Notes under the pieces: generated by a model | Database searches by the model: none | What the model was told of the DNA's origin: nothing | The model's input: the letters and a program-made list of their open reading frames with translations, nothing else | Made by a program: the position numbers and the translations under genes | From: Permianibacter sp. | Lineage (GTDB): Bacteria > Pseudomonadota > Gammaproteobacteria > Enterobacterales > Permianibacteraceae | Length of the DNA: 64,000 nucleotides | Reading direction: 5' to 3' | Assembly (NCBI GenBank): GCA_046297695.1 | Contig: JBKBHF010000013.1 | Coordinates: 12,498-76,497, forward strand | Shown here: positions 59,798 to 64,000 of the stretch, one piece after another | Layout of the letters: each line of letters opens with the position of its first letter | Position numbering within the stretch: the stretch's first letter is position 1

Positions 59798-61843
59798 ATG
59801 GAAAAGATTTATCTTGCCATCGTGCTGGCGCCTCTGTTCGGCGCCATCCTTGCCGGCCTGTTCGGCAAGCAAATCGGCCGCGTCGGTGCTCATACCGCGA
59901 CCATTCTCGGGGTAGCGATTGCCGCGGCGCTGTCGGTTTATGTGTTCTGGCAGCATGGCGTCAATGGTCTGCCGATTTATAACGCCAGTGTCTACGAATG
60001 GGCGACCATCGGCGGCCTGCGTTTGGAGGTCGGCTTCCTGGTCGACAACCTGACCGCGATGATGATGGTGGTCGTGACTTCGGTCAGCCTGATGGTGCAC
60101 ATCTACACCATTGGCTACATGGCCGATGACAACGGTTACCAGCGCTTCTTCAGCTACATCTCGCTGTTCACCTTCTCGATGCTGATGCTGGTGATGAGCA
60201 ACAACTTCCTGCAGCTGTTCTTCGGCTGGGAAGCGGTGGGCCTCGTCTCGTACCTGCTGATCGGTTTCTGGTTCAAGAAGCCGACGGCAATCTACGCCAA
60301 CATGAAAGCCTTCCTGGTCAACCGGGTCGGTGACTTCGGCTTCCTGATCGGTATCGCGGCGGTGCTGTACTGGTTCGGTTCGCTGGATTACGCCACCGTG
60401 TTCGCTGCGGCGCCGGATTGGGCCAAACAGGGCTTGACCCTGCAAGTGACCGACAGCGTGCAGTGGTCGGCGATCAGCGTGATCTGTATTGGCTTGTTCA
60501 TTGGCGCGATGGGCAAATCGGCGCAGGTGCCGCTGCACGTCTGGCTGCCGGACTCGATGGAAGGCCCGACCCCGATCTCGGCACTCATTCACGCCGCGAC
60601 CATGGTGACTGCCGGTGTGTTCATGGTGGCGCGGATGTCGCCGCTGTTCGAGCTGTCGGAAACCGCGCTGACTTTCGTCATCGTGATCGGCGCCACCACG
60701 GCACTGTTCATGGGCTTCCTCGGCATCGTCCAGAACGACATCAAGCGCGTCGTTGCCTACTCGACGCTGTCGCAACTCGGTTACATGGTTGTTGCGCTCG
60801 GCGCATCGGCCTACGCCGCCGGTGTGTTCCACTTGATGACCCACGCGTTCTTCAAGGCGCTGCTGTTCCTCGGCGCCGGTGCCGTGATCGTTGCCATGCA
60901 CCACGAGCAGGACATCCGCAAGATGGGCGGCCTGTGGAAGCACATGAAGGTGGTCTGGGTCACCGCGCTGCTCGGTTCGCTGGCGCTGATCGGCACGCCG
61001 TTCTTCTCCGGCTTCTATTCGAAAGACGCGATCATCGAAGCGGTGCATGCTTCCACCATCGCCGGTTCGGGTTATGCCTACGTCTGCGTGCTGGCCGGCG
61101 TGTTCATCACCGCACTGTACAGCTTCCGGATGTTCTTCCTGGTGTTCCACACCAAGGAGCGCTTCCATGACGCCGACAACCATCATCACCACAAAGTGCC
61201 GCACGATGACGGCCACGCCAAGCACGGCAGCCACACCCATCACGGCCATCACGATGATCACGGCGTGCCGCATCATCTGCCGTGGGTGATCACGCTGCCG
61301 CTGATCCTGCTGGCGATTCCGTCGGTGATCGTGGCCTGGTTCTGGGCCGAGCCGATGCTGGCCGGTGACTTCTTCAAAGGCGTCATCTACGTCGCGCCGG
61401 AGCACAATTCGCTGGCCGTCGTTGCCGAGCATCTGGAGCATGGCTGGGTCGCCTTCGCCCTGCATGCGCCGATGACCGTGCCGTTCTGGCTTGCGGCTGC
61501 CGGTGTCGTCACCGCCTGGTTCATCTGGGTCAAGAACCCGAAGATCGCCGATGTCGCGCAGGCCAAGTTGAAAGCTGTGCACACCCTGCTCATCAACAAA
61601 TACTACTTCGATGACATCAACCAGGCGCTGTTTGCCAATGGTTCGGTGCGCCTCGGTGGCCGGCTGTCCAAGCATGGCGACACCCAGCTGATCGACGGCC
61701 TGATCGTCAATGGCAGCGCCAAGGGGGTTGGCAAGCTGGCGGTCCAGCTGCGCAAGCTGCAGAGCGGCTATCTGTATCACTATGCATTCGGCATGATCAT
61801 CGGCTTGCTGCTGCTGATCGGCTGGTTGTATTTCCGTGTCTAA
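59798..61843 (+). CDS. nuoL: NADH-quinone oxidoreductase subunit L (with expanded His-rich loop)
   Basis: Antiporter-like subunit: ...FFGWEAVGLVSYLLIGFW...LPDSMEGPTPISALIHAATMVTAGV...; 681 aa. Confidence 0.96.
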   Translation: MEKIYLAIVLAPLFGAILAGLFGKQIGRVGAHTATILGVAIAAALSVYVFWQHGVNGLPIYNASVYEWATIGGLRLEVGFLVDNLTAMMMVVVTSVSLMVHIYTIGYMADDNGYQRFFSYISLFTFSMLMLVMSNNFLQLFFGWEAVGLVSYLLIGFWFKKPTAIYANMKAFLVNRVGDFGFLIGIAAVLYWFGSLDYATVFAAAPDWAKQGLTLQVTDSVQWSAISVICIGLFIGAMGKSAQVPLHVWLPDSMEGPTPISALIHAATMVTAGVFMVARMSPLFELSETALTFVIVIGATTALFMGFLGIVQNDIKRVVAYSTLSQLGYMVVALGASAYAAGVFHLMTHAFFKALLFLGAGAVIVAMHHEQDIRKMGGLWKHMKVVWVTALLGSLALIGTPFFSGFYSKDAIIEAVHASTIAGSGYAYVCVLAGVFITALYSFRMFFLVFHTKERFHDADNHHHHKVPHDDGHAKHGSHTHHGHHDDHGVPHHLPWVITLPLILLAIPSVIVAWFWAEPMLAGDFFKGVIYVAPEHNSLAVVAEHLEHGWVAFALHAPMTVPFWLAAAGVVTAWFIWVKNPKIADVAQAKLKAVHTLLINKYYFDDINQALFANGSVRLGGRLSKHGDTQLIDGLIVNGSAKGVGKLAVQLRKLQSGYLYHYAFGMIIGLLLLIGWLYFRV

Positions 61844-61855
61844 GCTAGGGGCCTA

Positions 61856-63391
61856 ATGAACATGACAACTCTTCCCCTGCTCAGCCTGCTGGTCTGGACG
61901 CCGATCGTCGGTGCCCTGCTGGTGCTGTTCGGTGCCGGTGAGCGCAACAACGGCAGCACGGCCAAGTGGCTGGCGCTGATCACGTCGTTGATTACGCTGG
62001 CGCTGTGCGTGCCGCTGTACACCGGTTTTGATCTGACCACGGCCAACATGCAGTTCACCGAATTGAGCCCGTGGTTCAGCATCTCCGGCCTGACCATCAA
62101 TTACGCGCTCGGCGTTGACGGCTTCTCGATGCCGCTGATCCTGCTGACCTCGTTCATCACCGTGATTGTGGTGATCGCCGGTTGGGAAGTGATCGAGAAC
62201 AAGGTGTCGCAGTACATGGCCGCGTTCCTGGTCATGACCGGCCTGATGAACGGCGTGTTCGCGGCGCTCGACGCGATGCTGTTCTACGTGTTCTGGGAAG
62301 CGATGCTGGTGCCGATGTTCCTGATCATCGGTATCTGGGGCGGTCCGAACCGCGTTTACGCGACCATCAAGTTCTTCCTGTACACCTTCTTCGGTTCGGT
62401 GTTCATGCTGATTGCGTTGATCTACATGGCGATTCAGGCCGGTAGCTTCAGCATTCTCGAGCTGCACAAGCTGCCGATGTCGCTGGACGTGCAGCACTGG
62501 ATCTTCGCCGCGTTCCTGATTGCATTTGCCGTGAAAGTGCCGATGTTCCCGGTTCACACCTGGTTGCCGGACGCGCACGTCGAAGCGCCGACCGGGGGCT
62601 CGGTGGTGCTGGCGGCGATCATGCTGAAGATGGGTACCTACGGTTTTGTTCGGTTCAATCTGCCGATCACACCGGATGCCTCGCTCGCCTGGGCCGACGT
62701 CATGATCGCCCTGAGCCTCATTGCCGTGGTCTACATCGGCTTTGTCGCGCTGGTGCAGAAAGACATGAAGAAGCTGGTCGCGTATTCGTCGATTGCGCAC
62801 ATGGGTTTTGTCACCCTCGGTTTCTTCATCGCCTTTGCCTTGCTCGCCAACGACCACGACATGCAGGCAGCGCTCGGTGTCCAGGGCGCGCTGGTGCAGA
62901 TGGTTTCGCACGGTTTCATCTCCGGTGCGATGTTCCTCTGTATCGGCGTGCTGTATGACCGCGTGCACAGCCGCCAGATCGGCGATTACGGTGGTGTGGC
63001 CAACACCATGCCGAAATTCGCCGCGCTGATGATGCTGTTCACGATGGCCAATGCCGGTTTGCCGGGCACCTCCGGTTTCGTTGGCGAGTTCATGGTGATT
63101 CTGGCCGCGTTCAGCGCCAACTTCTGGTACGCGATTCTGGCCGCGACCACCTTGATCGTCGGCGCCGCCTACAGCCTGTGGATGTACAAGCGTGTGGTGT
63201 TCGGTGAAGTCGCCAACAGCCACGTCGCCGAGCTGGAAGACATCAATCGCCGCGAGCAGTTCATGCTGGTGGTGTTGGCACTGGCCGTGCTCGCGCTCGG
63301 TCTGTATCCGAAGATGCTGACTGAGCTGATGGAGCCGACCGTGCAACACCTGTTGCAGGTCAGCCTGCAGTCGAAACTGCCGGGAGCCTAA
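61856..63391 (+). CDS. nuoM: NADH-quinone oxidoreductase subunit M
   Basis: ...FYVFWEAMLVPMFLIIGIWGG...HTWLPDAHVEAPTGGSVVLAAIMLKMG... Confidence 0.96.
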   Translation: MNMTTLPLLSLLVWTPIVGALLVLFGAGERNNGSTAKWLALITSLITLALCVPLYTGFDLTTANMQFTELSPWFSISGLTINYALGVDGFSMPLILLTSFITVIVVIAGWEVIENKVSQYMAAFLVMTGLMNGVFAALDAMLFYVFWEAMLVPMFLIIGIWGGPNRVYATIKFFLYTFFGSVFMLIALIYMAIQAGSFSILELHKLPMSLDVQHWIFAAFLIAFAVKVPMFPVHTWLPDAHVEAPTGGSVVLAAIMLKMGTYGFVRFNLPITPDASLAWADVMIALSLIAVVYIGFVALVQKDMKKLVAYSSIAHMGFVTLGFFIAFALLANDHDMQAALGVQGALVQMVSHGFISGAMFLCIGVLYDRVHSRQIGDYGGVANTMPKFAALMMLFTMANAGLPGTSGFVGEFMVILAAFSANFWYAILAATTLIVGAAYSLWMYKRVVFGEVANSHVAELEDINRREQFMLVVLALAVLALGLYPKMLTELMEPTVQHLLQVSLQSKLPGA

Positions 63392-63396
63392 TCGCC

Positions 63397-64000
63397 ATGT
63401 TGGAGAACGGCATGCAAACTTTTTCTTTCGCCCCGATGGCTGCCGAGCTGTTCGTGCTCGTCATGTCCTGCGTGGTGATGCTGGTCGATCTGTTCGTGCC
63501 CGGCGCGAACCGGCGCAACAGCTTCTGGATGGCGCAGGCCACCCTGCTGGGCGCGCTGCTGATCACCATCAATCTGTCGTCGATGCCGAACGCGCTGGTG
63601 TACGGCGCTCATTTCATGCATGACAGTCTCGGTACGGTGCTGAAAGTCGGCCTGTACATCGTCACCGCCATTGCGCTGCTTTATGCCCGGGCCTACATCG
63701 CCGGGCGCCAGTTCATGCGCGGTGAGTACTATCTGCTGAGCCTGCTGGCCATGCTCGGGGCGATGGTGCTGATCACGGCCTACAGCCTGCTGACGATTTA
63801 CCTTGGTCTCGAGCTGATGTCGCTGTCGCTGTATGCGATGGTGGCGATGCAACGCGACAGCAAGCAGGCACCGGAAGCGGCGATGAAGTATTTCGTCATG
63901 GGCGCGCTGGCGTCCGGTTTCCTGCTGTTCGGCATGTCGCTGCTGTACGGTGTCACCGGCCACATCACCATCCCGCACCTCAGCATGCTGCCGAGCGATG
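63397..64000 (+). CDS. nuoN: NADH-quinone oxidoreductase subunit N, N-terminal part (3' end outside the window)
   Basis: Manual translation from ATG 63397: MLENGMQTFSFAPMAAELFVLVMSCVVMLVDLF...EYYLLSLLAMLGAMVLITAYSLLTIYLGLELMSLSLYAMVAM...AAMKYFVMGALASGFLLFGMSLLYG. The frame stays open to the end of the window. Confidence 0.9.
   Translation, partial: MLENGMQTFSFAPMAAELFVLVMSCVVMLVDLFVPGANRRNSFWMAQATLLGALLITINLSSMPNALVYGAHFMHDSLGTVLKVGLYIVTAIALLYARAYIAGRQFMRGEYYLLSLLAMLGAMVLITAYSLLTIYLGLELMSLSLYAMVAMQRDSKQAPEAAMKYFVMGALASGFLLFGMSLLYGVTGHITIPHLSMLPSD

Noticed and set aside
59288-63349. 830-aa and 498-aa minus-strand ORFs
   Set aside because: They are antisense to nuoL and nuoM, with composition dominated by R/H/Q/D/G. 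The sense-strand genes are unambiguous complex I subunits.

Overview
This is a 64-kb chromosomal segment from a GC-rich proteobacterium, roughly 60-65 % GC by eye (not computed). The backbone order is rph / yicC-gmk ... rpoZ-spoT-ridA-trmH, carA-carB-greA / yhbY / rlmE-ftsH ... folP-glmM, then tpiA-secG-tRNA-Leu(GAG)-nuoABCDEFGHIJKLMN with separate nuoC and nuoD. That order is what I associate with Xanthomonadales/Nevskiales-type Gammaproteobacteria or Betaproteobacteria; the taxonomic guess is inference only.

Most of the window is core housekeeping. Accessory or unusual parts, in window order:
1. nt 1-8053: the 3' half of an aryl-polyene (APE)-type lipid/pigment cluster (ammonia-lyase, thioesterase, LolA-like, MMPL exporter, DUF3261, KS, DH, KR, KS).
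2. nt 10.7-12.3 kb: decayed DNA wedged between gmk and rpoZ (doubtful membrane ORFs, a G/C hairpin repeat, and a LysR fragment fused to a quinone-oxidoreductase fragment).
3. nt 17.8-20.3 kb: two tandem paralogous membrane-anchored proteins of unknown function between putA and rsmF.
4. nt 15504 and 23929: a ~113-nt structured intergenic repeat present twice.
5. nt 24.1-30.3 kb: a tightly packed PAS-AraC regulator + SenB-like glycosyltransferase + SelD + PhnDCEE-like ABC importer. It looks like a selenium-metabolite locus that lacks any C-Se bond-forming enzyme in the window. This is my top candidate.
6. nt 30.3-31.6 kb: a BLUF photoreceptor divergent from a secreted cupredoxin-like protein.
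7. nt 40.1-41.9 kb: an orphan Omp85-family gene interrupting ftsH-folP.
8. nt 44.3-48.7 kb: an operon of a signal-peptide-bearing truncated hemoglobin + secreted cupredoxin-like protein + periplasmic-sensor GADEF/EAL protein, divergent from a DUF3034-like barrel protein.

I recognised no CRISPR array, rRNA, transposase, integrase or phage gene. All family assignments rest on motif recognition by eye; no database search was possible. The many long ORFs antisense to real genes are treated as high-GC artefacts.
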